Positions 24,433 to 32,000 are shown, numbered from the stretch's first letter. The stretch: 32,000 nucleotides of DNA from an uncultured Actinomycetes bacterium (GCA_963843975.1 CAWJMG010000001.1:210001-242000), one strand, 5' to 3'. Notes: a model not told the origin generated them from the sequence alone. Translations and numbers: made by a program.

Positions 24433-25898
24433 GAGCCCTCCCCGGCCTTCTCGTCGACGCCGTCGAGCTCGGAGGCGTCGTCGGGCACGTGCAGGGCGAG
24501 CCGGTCGCGGGCCGTGGGGTCGTCGTCGTCGGAGCCGAGCGAGGGCAGCGGCGAGGCCGAGGGCTGCAGGGCGATCTCGGGCAGCGTGTCCGTGACGTCC
24601 CAGCCGTGAACCTCGATGGCCTCGATGAGCGCCTCGACCATGACGGGGTCGAACTGGCTGCCCTTGCAGCGGCGCAGCTCGATCACGGCGTCCTCGATCG
24701 AGCGGGCGCCCCGGTAGGAGCGGGTGGTGGTCATCGAGTCGAAGGCGTCGGCCACGGCGATGATCCGGGCGAACTCCGGGATCTGCTCGCCCTTGAGGCC
24801 CATGGGGTAGCCGCGCCCGTCGATGCGCTCGTGGTGGTAGTGGATGCCCTCGATCGCCTCGCCCAGGAACTCGAGCTCACGGGTGATCTCCCGGCCGCGC
24901 GAGGGGTGCTTCTGGATCGCCTCGTACTCCTCGTCGGTGAGCTTGCCGGCCTTCTGCAGCACGCGGGTGGGCACGCCGAGCTTGCCGACGTCGTGCAGGG
25001 TGCCGGCGTAGCGCAGCGTCGTGACGCGGTCCTCGCGCATGCCCGAGCTGCGGCCGATGAGCACCGAGGCGCGCGAGACGCGCTCGCTGTGGCCGCGGGT
25101 GTAGAGGTCCTTGGTCTCGACCGCCTTGATGAGCGAGCGCATCGTGGCCTCGTACGCCGCCTGGCGCGCGGCGAACTGCGCGAACACCCAGCGGGCGACC
25201 ATGAGCGGTGCGAGCACCAGCACCGCGCTGATCCAGCCGGCGAACGACCACACGACGGCGAGCAGCAGGCCGAAGATCGAGTAGATGAAGAGGGGGAAGG
25301 CCGACTCGCCCATCGTGCCGAACCACACGCGCAGCGGCGAGACGCGCTCGGTCAGGGAGATGACCGTGACCATGAGGAGGCCGTTGACCAGTTCCATGGT
25401 GGCGATGACCGCGAGCATGGAGAGCATCGGCTTCCAGCCGAACGTGAACTCCTCGCCGATGACCGGCTGCCCGAGGAGCCCGGTATAGACGAGGCCGGCG
25501 AGGCAGGCCTGGATCGCGCCCATGCCGCCGTTGAAGGCGCGCTTGAACCACGGCAGCTGGCGGTCGTTCGACGTGCTGCCCGGCGCGAAGCTCATGACGG
25601 CCATGACGATGGGCGCGCCCCAAGGCCCCAGCAGCAGCACCGAGGCGATGCCCACGGGCATGTCGATGCCGATGTCGACCTGCTGGTCCTTCGCGACGCT
25701 CTGGCGCAGCGGGCTGATGATGAGGTTCGACAGCAGCACGAGGAGCGAGAGGACGATGACGGCCGTCCACTGGTCGCTGCTCAACGCGTCGGCGCCGACC
25801 CAGCCGGCGCTGTGCAGCACGCTGAAGGTCACGATGACGGCGCCGATGGCCGTGACGGCACCGACGTACAGGCGCGCCAGGACAGGCAGGTCCTGCAT
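24429..25898 (-). CDS. Multi-pass membrane HD-GYP domain phosphodiesterase (c-di-GMP-type)
   Basis: Full HD-GYP signature: GHSERV, LHDVGK, KHPSRG, HYHHERIDGRGYP, VADAFDSMTTTRSYR. The N-terminal half has about 7 hydrophobic helices. I chose the ATG at 25898 because GAGGAGG lies 8 nt upstream. Confidence 0.9.
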   Translation of the reverse strand: MQDLPVLARLYVGAVTAIGAVIVTFSVLHSAGWVGADALSSDQWTAVIVLSLLVLLSNLIISPLRQSVAKDQQVDIGIDMPVGIASVLLLGPWGAPIVMAVMSFAPGSTSNDRQLPWFKRAFNGGMGAIQACLAGLVYTGLLGQPVIGEEFTFGWKPMLSMLAVIATMELVNGLLMVTVISLTERVSPLRVWFGTMGESAFPLFIYSIFGLLLAVVWSFAGWISAVLVLAPLMVARWVFAQFAARQAAYEATMRSLIKAVETKDLYTRGHSERVSRASVLIGRSSGMREDRVTTLRYAGTLHDVGKLGVPTRVLQKAGKLTDEEYEAIQKHPSRGREITRELEFLGEAIEGIHYHHERIDGRGYPMGLKGEQIPEFARIIAVADAFDSMTTTRSYRGARSIEDAVIELRRCKGSQFDPVMVEALIEAIEVHGWDVTDTLPEIALQPSASPLPSLGSDDDDPTARDRLALHVPDDASELDGVDEKAGEGS

Positions 25899-25946
25899 CG
25901 CTGCCCGCCTCCTCACCCGTGCGTCAGTCGACCGATCGATAGATGT

Positions 25947-26285
25947 CGGCAGGATCGGGATCGGCAGCAGAGGCCCGAACTTGAACCTCAGTGGTGCTGA
26001 ATCTGTCCGACGGGGCTAGAAAGCCCGGTCAGATCAGCCCCAGCGCCAGCCGGCCTCGGTGCCGAGCATGCGCTCGACGACCGAAACGATCTTCTTCATA
26101 CGGATCACTCCTCGCGATGGGTGTCACAGGCACCGCTCATGGCCTGCGCGCACTCCGCTCCGCTCGCGAATTGATGGAGCTGGGTGAAGCCGAGATTCTC
26201 CGCACGTCGTCGTCGAGGCGCCGAGGGTGCCTCGCCCAGCCGTGCAGCCGTCCCTCTCCCTCGGCTGCCGATCCCGTTCCTGCCG
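25947..26285. repeat. 27-bp imperfect inverted repeat pair (arms 25947-25973 and 26259-26285) bracketing ~285 bp
   Basis: cggcaggaTcgggatcggcagcAgagg matches the reverse complement of 26259-26285, cggcaggaAcgggatcggcagcCgagg, at 25 of 27 positions. Confidence 0.8.
26034..26099 (-). CDS. Candidate 21-aa small ORF (MKKIVSVVERMLGTEAGWRWG) upstream of the HD-GYP operon
   Basis: The ATG is preceded by GAGGAG with an 8-nt spacer. 20 of 21 sense codons end in G or C, although the surrounding DNA is lower in GC. A 9-bp hairpin (26012-26033) follows the stop. No homolog is known to me. Confidence 0.35.
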   Translation of the reverse strand: MKKIVSVVERMLGTEAGWRWG

Positions 26286-26644
26286 CTGTTCTGTTGTCGG
26301 TCGTCGTCGCTCTGCGTGTCCGATATGTCCCGATACCGGTCCAGGTTCCCCGCACCCTGGGTCGGGGCGTGCTGACAGCACGATCCGTGTCGACGTCACT
26401 GTTGCAGCAGGTGACCCTGGTGCGTCAAGTGTCTTGTGTCCGATTTCTCCCCTTCGTGGTCCGCTGGTGAGCGTGACGAGCGTCGCAGCCGAGGTTGGCT
26501 CCGTCGCTCGGCCGATCGGGTGGTGACTCTCCGCTGCCGTGTACCCGATCGGCGGATAGCGGCGTGGGACCGGTGACGGCAGGTAGTCCCCTGACTAGAT
26601 TCGTCCGCAGAGCGGTGGGCGCTCGGGCAGAGGCGGTGAGACGC

Positions 26645-27250
26645 GTGGCAGTGCCGGACGGCACGGGTCCTTCCTGGGACGCGCTCGTCGCCGCCCTCGT
26701 GGCCACGCGCACCGACCACGCGACCGCCCGCTTCGACGAGGCGCTCGCCGAGGCCGAGGCCGCTGGGCTGATCGACGGCCCGACCGCGCGCACCCTGCGC
26801 TGGTGGCAGCGCGAGAGCGTCCGCGCCGTCTCCGACCACATCACCGAGGTGCTCCCCGCCACGATCGCGCGGATGTCCGCCTCGGACGCCGCCGCCCGCG
26901 AGTCCGTGACGAGCAGCGACCGCGCCTGGAGCGCGGTGAGCCCCCAGCCCGCGCAGGTCGTCGCACCCGCCGTCGGCGACAACGGCGGCCACCTCCACTC
27001 CTCGCCCGAGCCTCACGACCACGGTCACGACGGGCCGATCGGCACGGTCACCACGCTGCCCACGCGCGGACCTGGCGACCAGCCTGAGCCGCCCGAGCGA
27101 CCCGGCCCGGGGTTCACCAGCTCCCTGTTCACGGACCGGTCGGCCACCCCACCGGGTGACACCGGCGCGCCCCCTCACCGCCTGCTCGCAGGCGGGCTTA
27201 CCGTGCTCGGTGACGGCCCGCACGGGCCGTTCCCACTGACGGAGGACTGA
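26645..27250 (+). CDS. Hypothetical protein (helical N-terminal domain, His/Pro-rich disordered tail); start uncertain
   Basis: The ORF is open from 26495, but codon third-position GC only becomes coding-like after about 26640. In-frame GTGs lie at 26636, 26645 and 26651. The stop overlaps the next ATG (TGATG). Confidence 0.5.
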   Translation: MAVPDGTGPSWDALVAALVATRTDHATARFDEALAEAEAAGLIDGPTARTLRWWQRESVRAVSDHITEVLPATIARMSASDAAARESVTSSDRAWSAVSPQPAQVVAPAVGDNGGHLHSSPEPHDHGHDGPIGTVTTLPTRGPGDQPEPPERPGPGFTSSLFTDRSATPPGDTGAPPHRLLAGGLTVLGDGPHGPFPLTED

Positions 27251-27918
27251 TGACCGCGTTCCACTTCTTCCCCGAGTTCGAGGACGGCCTGCGCCGTATC
27301 CCGGGGATCCTGCGGGTGCGCGTGGTCACGACCGCGGACGGCCGGCCGATCGAGATCCACGCGATCACCGACATGTCCAAGGCGCCGAAGGACTTCGTCC
27401 GCGACATCCAGGCCGTCGCGATGGCCGACTACGACCTCGACATCGACTACCGCATCGTCAGCATCGTGCAGATGGCGCCCGAGAGCGTCGACGTCGGCGA
27501 CCCGACCCCGGCCGCAGACTCCCCCGCCCCCTCCGCAGCGCCCGAGACGCGCCCCGCGCTCACGAGCATCAGCGTGAGCCGTTCCGGCGGCGACGCCGTC
27601 GTCACCGTGTCCCTCGGCATCGGCGAGTCGGTCTACACCGGCCAGTCCTCCGGCCCGAGCGCCCAGATCCACCGCGCCCGCATCATCGCCCAGGCCACGC
27701 TCGCCGCCCTGTCCGAGCTGCTGGGGATCCCCGCGCACATCGAGAGCTCGCAGGTGATCGAGGTGGGGCTGCGCGACGTCGCCGTCACCACCCTCGCCCT
27801 GCAGCTCCCGCAGCTCGGCGAGCAGATCCTGTGCGGCAGCGCGCTCGTCCGCGGCGACGCCGAGGACGCGGTCGCCCGCTCGGTGCTCGCGGCGGTCAAC
27901 CGCCGTCTTGCCGGCTGA
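27250..27918 (+). CDS. Hypothetical two-domain protein (unknown family)
   Basis: High GC3. GGAGGA lies 4 nt upstream of the ATG. There are two alpha/beta-looking modules (residues 1-75 and about 105-222) joined by a Pro/Ala linker. I recognise no motif. Confidence 0.65.
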   Translation: MTAFHFFPEFEDGLRRIPGILRVRVVTTADGRPIEIHAITDMSKAPKDFVRDIQAVAMADYDLDIDYRIVSIVQMAPESVDVGDPTPAADSPAPSAAPETRPALTSISVSRSGGDAVVTVSLGIGESVYTGQSSGPSAQIHRARIIAQATLAALSELLGIPAHIESSQVIEVGLRDVAVTTLALQLPQLGEQILCGSALVRGDAEDAVARSVLAAVNRRLAG

Positions 27919-27981
27919 TTTCGACCCGCCGCCCCCGGTGTGGGAGGATCGCCGGAGTTTCGGTCGACCTCAGGAGTTCTG

Positions 27982-28056
27982 ATGAGCAAGCGCGCACGCA
28001 AGCGCCGCACCCGCAAGAAGAGCGGTGCCAACCACGGCAACCGTCCGAACGCCTGA
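27982..28056 (+). CDS. 50S ribosomal protein bL37 (24 aa, actinobacteria-specific)
   Basis: MSKRARKRRTRKKSGANHGNRPNA closely resembles the mycobacterial bL37 sequence I recall (MAKRGRKKRDRKHSKANHGKRPNA). CAGGAG lies upstream of the ATG. The gene is too short for the ORF track. Confidence 0.8.
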   Translation: MSKRARKRRTRKKSGANHGNRPNA

Positions 28057-28080
28057 GCAGTCTCAGCGACCTAGGACGTG

Positions 28081-28116
28081 AGAAAGGCCCGACCCCCGCG
28101 GGGGTCGGGCCTTTCT
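28081..28116. terminator. Bidirectional terminator hairpin between convergent bL37 and rshA
   Basis: The near-perfect palindrome agaaaggcccgaccccc gc gggggtcgggcctttct forms a stem of about 15-17 bp. Confidence 0.8.
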
Positions 28117-28133
28117 GCTGCTTCGGGACCGCC

Positions 28134-28430
28134 TCAGGCGGTCGGCTCGGTCGGGAGCGTCGTGACCACCGTGGTCGTGACCGTGACCGAGCGGATGCTG
28201 GCGAGCACCTTCGTGCGCACCTCGTCGGGGCACGGGTCGCCGCCGCACGAGCGGCCGATCAGGAGCTTGACCTCCTGGTAGACGCCGGCCTCCTGCAGAC
28301 AGGGGCCGCACTCGTCGAAGTGCTGCTTGAACTTCGCGTGGTCGTGCTCGGTGACCTCGCCGTCGAGGAAGGCCGAGACGTACTCGAGCACCTCGCTGCA
28401 GGGCGTGTCGTGGTGGTTGCCGCAGCTCAT
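28134..28430 (-). CDS. rshA: Zinc-associated anti-sigma factor (ZAS), RshA/RsrA type
   Basis: HxxxCxxC motif (HFDECGPC) plus an upstream Cys (DTPCSEV). The ATGA overlap with the sigH stop indicates translational coupling. Confidence 0.9.
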   Translation of the reverse strand: MSCGNHHDTPCSEVLEYVSAFLDGEVTEHDHAKFKQHFDECGPCLQEAGVYQEVKLLIGRSCGGDPCPDEVRTKVLASIRSVTVTTTVVTTLPTEPTA

Positions 28431-29083
28431 GACTGCCGACCTCCCTCGTCGCCGGCGGCGGCGGGGACGAGACCCCGCTCGCGGGCGTAGTCCTCGAGCA
28501 GCTCACGCAGCTGCTTGCGCCCACGGTGCAGGCGCGACATCACGGTGCCGATGGGCGTGCCCATGATCTCGGCGATCTCCTTGTACGCGAAGCCCTCGAC
28601 GTCGGCGAGGTAGACCGCGATGCGGAAGTCCTCGGGGATCGCCTGCAGGGCGTCCTTGACGTCGGAGTCGGGCAGGCGGTCGAGCGCCTCGGCCTCGGCG
28701 GAGCGCAGCCCGGTGGAGGTGTGCGCCTCCGCCCGCGCCATCTGCCAGTCCTCGACGTCGTCGGTGTTGGACTGCAGGGGCTCGCGCTGCTTCTTGCGGT
28801 AGCCGTTGATGAACGTGTTGGTGAGGATCCGGTACAGCCAGGCCTTCAGGTTCGTGCCGTCCTGGTACTGGTGGAAGGCGGAGAAGGCGCGCACGAAGGT
28901 CTCCTGCAGGAGGTCCTCGGCGTCCGACGGGTTGCGCGTCATGCGCAGCGCACCGGCGTACAGCTGGTCGAGGTACGGGAGCGCGTCGCGCTCGAAGCGC
29001 GCGGTGCGCTCCTCGGCGGTCTCCTCGGGGGCGTCCGCGCCTGCTTCAGCGGCGACGGCGTCGAGCTCGTTGTCCTGGGTCAT
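28427..29083 (-). CDS. sigH: ECF sigma factor SigH/SigR (thiol-oxidative and heat stress)
   Basis: From the ATG at 29083, ...[41 protein letters not shown]...[25 protein letters not shown]...[32 protein letters not shown] is near-collinear with Mtb SigH. The long N-terminal part of the 465-aa ORF is a shadow. Confidence 0.95.
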   Translation of the reverse strand: MTQDNELDAVAAEAGADAPEETAEERTARFERDALPYLDQLYAGALRMTRNPSDAEDLLQETFVRAFSAFHQYQDGTNLKAWLYRILTNTFINGYRKKQREPLQSNTDDVEDWQMARAEAHTSTGLRSAEAEALDRLPDSDVKDALQAIPEDFRIAVYLADVEGFAYKEIAEIMGTPIGTVMSRLHRGRKQLRELLEDYARERGLVPAAAGDEGGRQS

Positions 29084-29225
29084 CACGACCGAGGGTAGTG
29101 GTCCGGAGGCGCCGCCGGGCTGCACGGGCAGCTCGAGACGGTCCTCGGGCACGGTGAGCACGAGCACGTGACGCCCTCCCCTGACGGTTCCCCATACACC
29201 GGGCGAGCGCCCGGCCACGGGTTGG

Positions 29226-29251
29226 AACACGGTCGACGCCTCCGCCATTCC
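29226..29251 (-). promoter_or_regulatory. SigH/SigR-type autoregulatory promoter (GGAAT-N18-GTT)
   Basis: The minus strand reads GGGGAAT ggcggaggcgtcgaccgt GTT, which is an exact GGAAT-N18-GTT. It lies about 145 nt upstream of the sigH ATG, in the 199-bp intergenic region. Confidence 0.6.
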
Positions 29252-29282
29252 CCGTCCGTTCACCCGGGGTCGCCGGACGCCG

Positions 29283-30011
29283 TCAGGCGGTGACGAGGCC
29301 CACCGCGGTGAGCGCGGCCGCGAGCATCGCGGGGGCCGGGTCGGGGCCGCCGCGACCGACGGCCAGGGAGTGGTCGGCGGCCGCGATGCGGTGCAGATGC
29401 GCGCCGGCGCCGGTGAGAGGTACGCCGTCCGGCCCGGTGAAAGGGAGCGCGTCGGCCACGTCGGCCGCGGTGCCGAAGGTGTCGCGCTCGCCCTGCGCCA
29501 CGACGACCGGCAGCCCCGCTGCCCAGGGGACGCCGAGCTCCTGGGCGCGGGCTGCACGTGCCTTCGCCCGCTTCGCTCTGTCGTGCCGGGCGGCCGGCGG
29601 GACGAGCGGGAAGGCCAGCAGCAGGACTGCATCCGCGCCGACCTGCACGGCGGTGCGGCAGGCGACCCGGGCACCGGCCGAGCGGCCGCCCGCAACGAGG
29701 GGAACGCGGCGCGTGACTCCGGCCGCCCGGCGGGCGTGGGCCAGCGCCGCGACCCAGGCGAGGTCGAGCTGCGCCGGTGCCGCGGCGACCCTGCGCCCGG
29801 CCAGCACCCAGGGCTGGTCGACAAGCACGACGGCGACGCCGAGCGCAGGCAGGTCCCGCGCGAGGCCGAGCAGGTCGGCGGTGTCGACGCCGCGGCCGGC
29901 GCCGTGGCCGAGGACGACGAGCGCCCGGGCGCCGGTCGCGCGGTAGGCGTGCAGGCGCGCCGTACCGGCCGGGGTGTCGACGTCGAGCGTGCGGACCTTC
30001 GGTGCAGGCAT
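29283..30011 (-). CDS. Alpha/beta hydrolase (dienelactone-hydrolase-like / KANL3-Tex30-type)
   Basis: From the ATG at 30011: [11 protein letters not shown], the nucleophile-elbow-like [10 protein letters not shown], and C-terminal AADHSL. The Arg-rich N-terminal extension of the ORF was discarded. Confidence 0.65.
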   Translation of the reverse strand: MPAPKVRTLDVDTPAGTARLHAYRATGARALVVLGHGAGRGVDTADLLGLARDLPALGVAVVLVDQPWVLAGRRVAAAPAQLDLAWVAALAHARRAAGVTRRVPLVAGGRSAGARVACRTAVQVGADAVLLLAFPLVPPAARHDRAKRAKARAARAQELGVPWAAGLPVVVAQGERDTFGTAADVADALPFTGPDGVPLTGAGAHLHRIAAADHSLAVGRGGPDPAPAMLAAALTAVGLVTA

Positions 30012-30016
30012 CGAGG

Positions 30017-30817
30017 TCAGAAGAGCGGGGCCTGGTCGCCGCCGGCGTCGAGGCCGTCGGCGAGCGCCTCGTCGAGCGGCAGGGGGTCGACGAGCTCGGG
30101 GCCGTTGTGCCGGACGTCGTTCACGAGGGTGGCGACCGGGTAGGCGTCGAGGCGCCCGGGCGCCGCAGGCACGAGGAGGCCGCGCGGGTCGCCCTTCTCC
30201 CCCGTGACGGCCGGGTCGAGCCACTCGGCCCAGCGCTCGCGCTCGACGAGCAGCGGCATGCGGTCGTGGATCCGGCCGACGGCGTCCTCAGCAGTGGTGG
30301 TGAGCACCGTGCACGTCATGAGCCAGGCCTTGGGGTCGTCGTCCTCGCGCGTCGGGTCGCGCCAGAGCTCGTACAGCCCGGCCATCGCGAGGCTGCTGCC
30401 GTCGGCGGGGTGGATGAAGAACGGCTGCTTCAAGGGCTTGCCGCCCTTGCCCTTCGGGCCGTCCTCGGGCGTGTACCACTCGTAGTAGCCGTCGGCCGGG
30501 AGGATGCAGCGCCGGCGGGCGAAGGCCCGCTTGTACGCCGGCTTCTCGGCGACGGTCTCCATCCGTGCATTGATCATGCGGTTGCCGATGCTCGGGTCCT
30601 TCGCCCAGGACGGCACGAGGCCCCACTTCACGACCGCGAGCTCGCGACGCGGGGGCGCCTCCTTGTCCTCGCGGGGCGCCCGCATGACGACGGCGTACAC
30701 GTCCTTGGTGGGCGCGACGTTCCAGTCGGGCTTCAGCTCCTTCTCCGGCCGCGCCTCGATCTCGAACTCCTCCACGAGGTCGTCCGGATTCTTGCTCGCC
30801 GCGTACCGCCCGCACAT
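30017..30817 (-). CDS. SOS-response-associated peptidase (SRAP/YedK family, abasic-site DNA-protein crosslinking)
   Basis: Starts MCGRY (catalytic Cys2). Contains WNVAPT, KWGLVPSW, INARMET and ILPADGYYEW, which are hallmark SRAP motifs. Confidence 0.9.
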   Translation of the reverse strand: MCGRYAASKNPDDLVEEFEIEARPEKELKPDWNVAPTKDVYAVVMRAPREDKEAPPRRELAVVKWGLVPSWAKDPSIGNRMINARMETVAEKPAYKRAFARRRCILPADGYYEWYTPEDGPKGKGGKPLKQPFFIHPADGSSLAMAGLYELWRDPTREDDDPKAWLMTCTVLTTTAEDAVGRIHDRMPLLVERERWAEWLDPAVTGEKGDPRGLLVPAAPGRLDAYPVATLVNDVRHNGPELVDPLPLDEALADGLDAGGDQAPLF

Positions 30818-30868
30818 GCGAGCAGTATCCCTGCCGGTCCTGCGCTTCGGGCTCGATAGGCTGCGGAC

Positions 30869-32000
30869 GTGGCATCCGACGACCATCCATGGCCGGCACC
30901 CCTCGCCGACGCGCCCGTGACGGCCGTCGTCCGGGTGCCGGGATCCAAGTCGCTCACCAACCGCGCGCTGCTCCTCGCCGCGCTCGCCGATGGCCCGTCC
31001 ACTGTCAGCGGCGCCCTGCGCGCCCGTGACACCGTCCTCATGGGCAAGGCCCTCGCCTCCCTCGGCGCCGGCATCGACGGGCTCACCGGCGACGCCGCGA
31101 TCCGCGTGACCCCCGGCCCGCTCGTCGGCCCTGCGCACGTCGACTGCGGGCTCGCGGGCACGGTCATGCGCTTCGTCCCGCCCGTGGCCGCGCTCGCCGA
31201 CGGCGACATCCGCTTCGACGGCGACCCGCGCGCCCGCGTCCGCCCGATGGGCGGCGTGATCGAGGCGCTCGAGGCGCTCGGCGTCGAGATCGACGACGAC
31301 GCCCGCCGCACCCTGCCGTTCACGGTCAAGGGCACCGGCGCCGTCCGCGGCGGCGACGTCGCGCTCGACGCGTCGGCCTCCAGCCAGTTCGTCTCCGCCC
31401 TGCTTCTGTCGGCCGCTCGCTTCGACGAGGGCGTGCTCATCCGGCACCAAGGTGGCCCCGTGCCGTCGATGCCGCACATCGACATGAGCGTCGAGCTCCT
31501 GCGCGAGCACGGCGTCACGGTCGAGGTGGACGCCGCCGACCCGACCCGCGCGACGTGGCGGGTCCTGCCCGGCCCGCTGCGCGCCCTCGACCGCGCCGTC
31601 GAGCCCGACCTCTCCAACGCCGCCCCGTTCCTGGCCGCAGCGGTCGTCACCGGCGGCTCGGTCACCATCCCGGGCTGGCCCACCCGCACCACCCAGGCCG
31701 GCGACGCGCTGCGCGACCTCCTCGCGCGGATGGGCGCCGAGGTCACGCTCGACGAGCGCGGCCTCACCGTGCGCGGCACGGGCAGCCTCGACGGCCTCGA
31801 CGCCGACCTCGGCGACGTCGGCGAGCTCACGCCCGTCCTCGCCGCCGTGTGCGCGGTCGCCGGATCCCCGTCGCGCCTGCGCGGCATCGCGCACCTGCGC
31901 GGCCACGAGACCGACCGGCTCGCGGCGCTCGCGCGCGAGATCACCCGCCTCGGCGGCAGCGTCGAGGAGACCGACGACGGCCTGCGCATCACGCCGAAGC
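30869..32000 (+). CDS. aroA: 3-phosphoshikimate 1-carboxyvinyltransferase (EPSP synthase), 3' end beyond window
   Basis: The GTG at 30869 gives (M)[45 protein letters not shown]..., the classic AroA N-terminus. The frame is open to the window end, so it is absent from the ORF track. Confidence 0.9.
   Translation, partial: MASDDHPWPAPLADAPVTAVVRVPGSKSLTNRALLLAALADGPSTVSGALRARDTVLMGKALASLGAGIDGLTGDAAIRVTPGPLVGPAHVDCGLAGTVMRFVPPVAALADGDIRFDGDPRARVRPMGGVIEALEALGVEIDDDARRTLPFTVKGTGAVRGGDVALDASASSQFVSALLLSAARFDEGVLIRHQGGPVPSMPHIDMSVELLREHGVTVEVDAADPTRATWRVLPGPLRALDRAVEPDLSNAAPFLAAAVVTGGSVTIPGWPTRTTQAGDALRDLLARMGAEVTLDERGLTVRGTGSLDGLDADLGDVGELTPVLAAVCAVAGSPSRLRGIAHLRGHETDRLAALAREITRLGGSVEETDDGLRITPK

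Noticed and set aside
25899-26120. c-di-GMP (GEMM) riboswitch upstream of the HD-GYP operon
   Set aside because: I looked for the conserved GEMM-I/II blocks (GGCAAA, CGCAAAGC and tetraloop-receptor features) on the minus strand and did not see them. cmsearch would be needed to be sure.
25991-26470. 159-aa plus-strand ORF in the non-coding island
   Set aside because: It has many T- and A-ending codons (GGT, GCT, CAT, ATT, TAT, TTT, AGA) in a genome where real genes have very high GC3. It has no SD and no recognisable motif.
25920-26560. Apparent enrichment of GATC tetranucleotides (about 10 in 640 bp)
   Set aside because: GATC is also very frequent in the coding regions of this window because of ATC/GAC/GAT codon usage. 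Without a genome-wide background I cannot call it a methylation-site cluster.
29084-29824. Long N-terminal extension of SigH (465-aa ORF)
   Set aside because: The extension is Pro/Arg/Ser-rich and overlaps the alpha/beta hydrolase gene in another frame. The SigH homology starts near the ATG at 29083, and a SigH-type promoter lies inside the supposed extension.
30818-31906. N-terminal 360 aa of the 629-aa minus-strand ORF, and the 419-aa ORF 30733-31992
   Set aside because: They are antisense shadows of aroA, whose plus-strand frame gives an unmistakable EPSP synthase. The SRAP gene starts at MCGRY (30817).

Overview
This is high-GC (about 70%+) actinobacterial chromosomal DNA, densely coding on both strands. 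Many of the long ORFs in the six-frame track are antisense or out-of-frame shadows. The backbone follows the gene order I recall from Mycobacterium tuberculosis Rv3216-Rv3227: GNAT, membrane protein, DAG-kinase-like lipid kinase, whiB1, pdtaS, TB7.3 biotinyl protein, rshA, sigH, SRAP peptidase, aroA. Lineage-specific blocks interrupt that order. They are a 975-aa secreted M4 metallopeptidase, a GNAT plus ThDP enzyme, a secreted beta-propeller protein, an M23 peptidoglycan hydrolase behind a c-di-AMP (ydaO-type) riboswitch, a PilT-like ATPase, and a translationally coupled pair of membrane HD-GYP proteins (one canonical, one degenerate). The left end carries housekeeping and stress genes: an MDR oxidoreductase, two tandem RibD_C/DHFR-like paralogs, malic enzyme, and a divergent sodX/sodN nickel-SOD pair. 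I found no tRNA, rRNA, CRISPR array, transposase, integrase or recognisable defence gene. Three things are most worth follow-up. (1) The co-directional minus-strand cluster HD-GYP, degenerate HD-GYP, TB7.3-like biotinyl protein, PilT ATPase with a Pro/Ala-rich N-terminus, and hotdog thioesterase. (2) The adjacent ~745-bp lower-GC non-coding stretch (25899-26644), which holds a 27-bp inverted repeat bracketing a Shine-Dalgarno-preceded 21-codon ORF. (3) The coupled pair of unknown proteins at 26645-27918. Other notes are a probable C-terminal frameshift in pdtaS, a 29-bp duplication of the 3' end of the ThDP-enzyme gene, a CRP-type site upstream of whiB1, a SigH/SigR-type autoregulatory promoter, and the unlisted 24-aa ribosomal protein bL37 gene. 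All functional calls come from reading motifs in the translations and from remembered family signatures. No database search was run.
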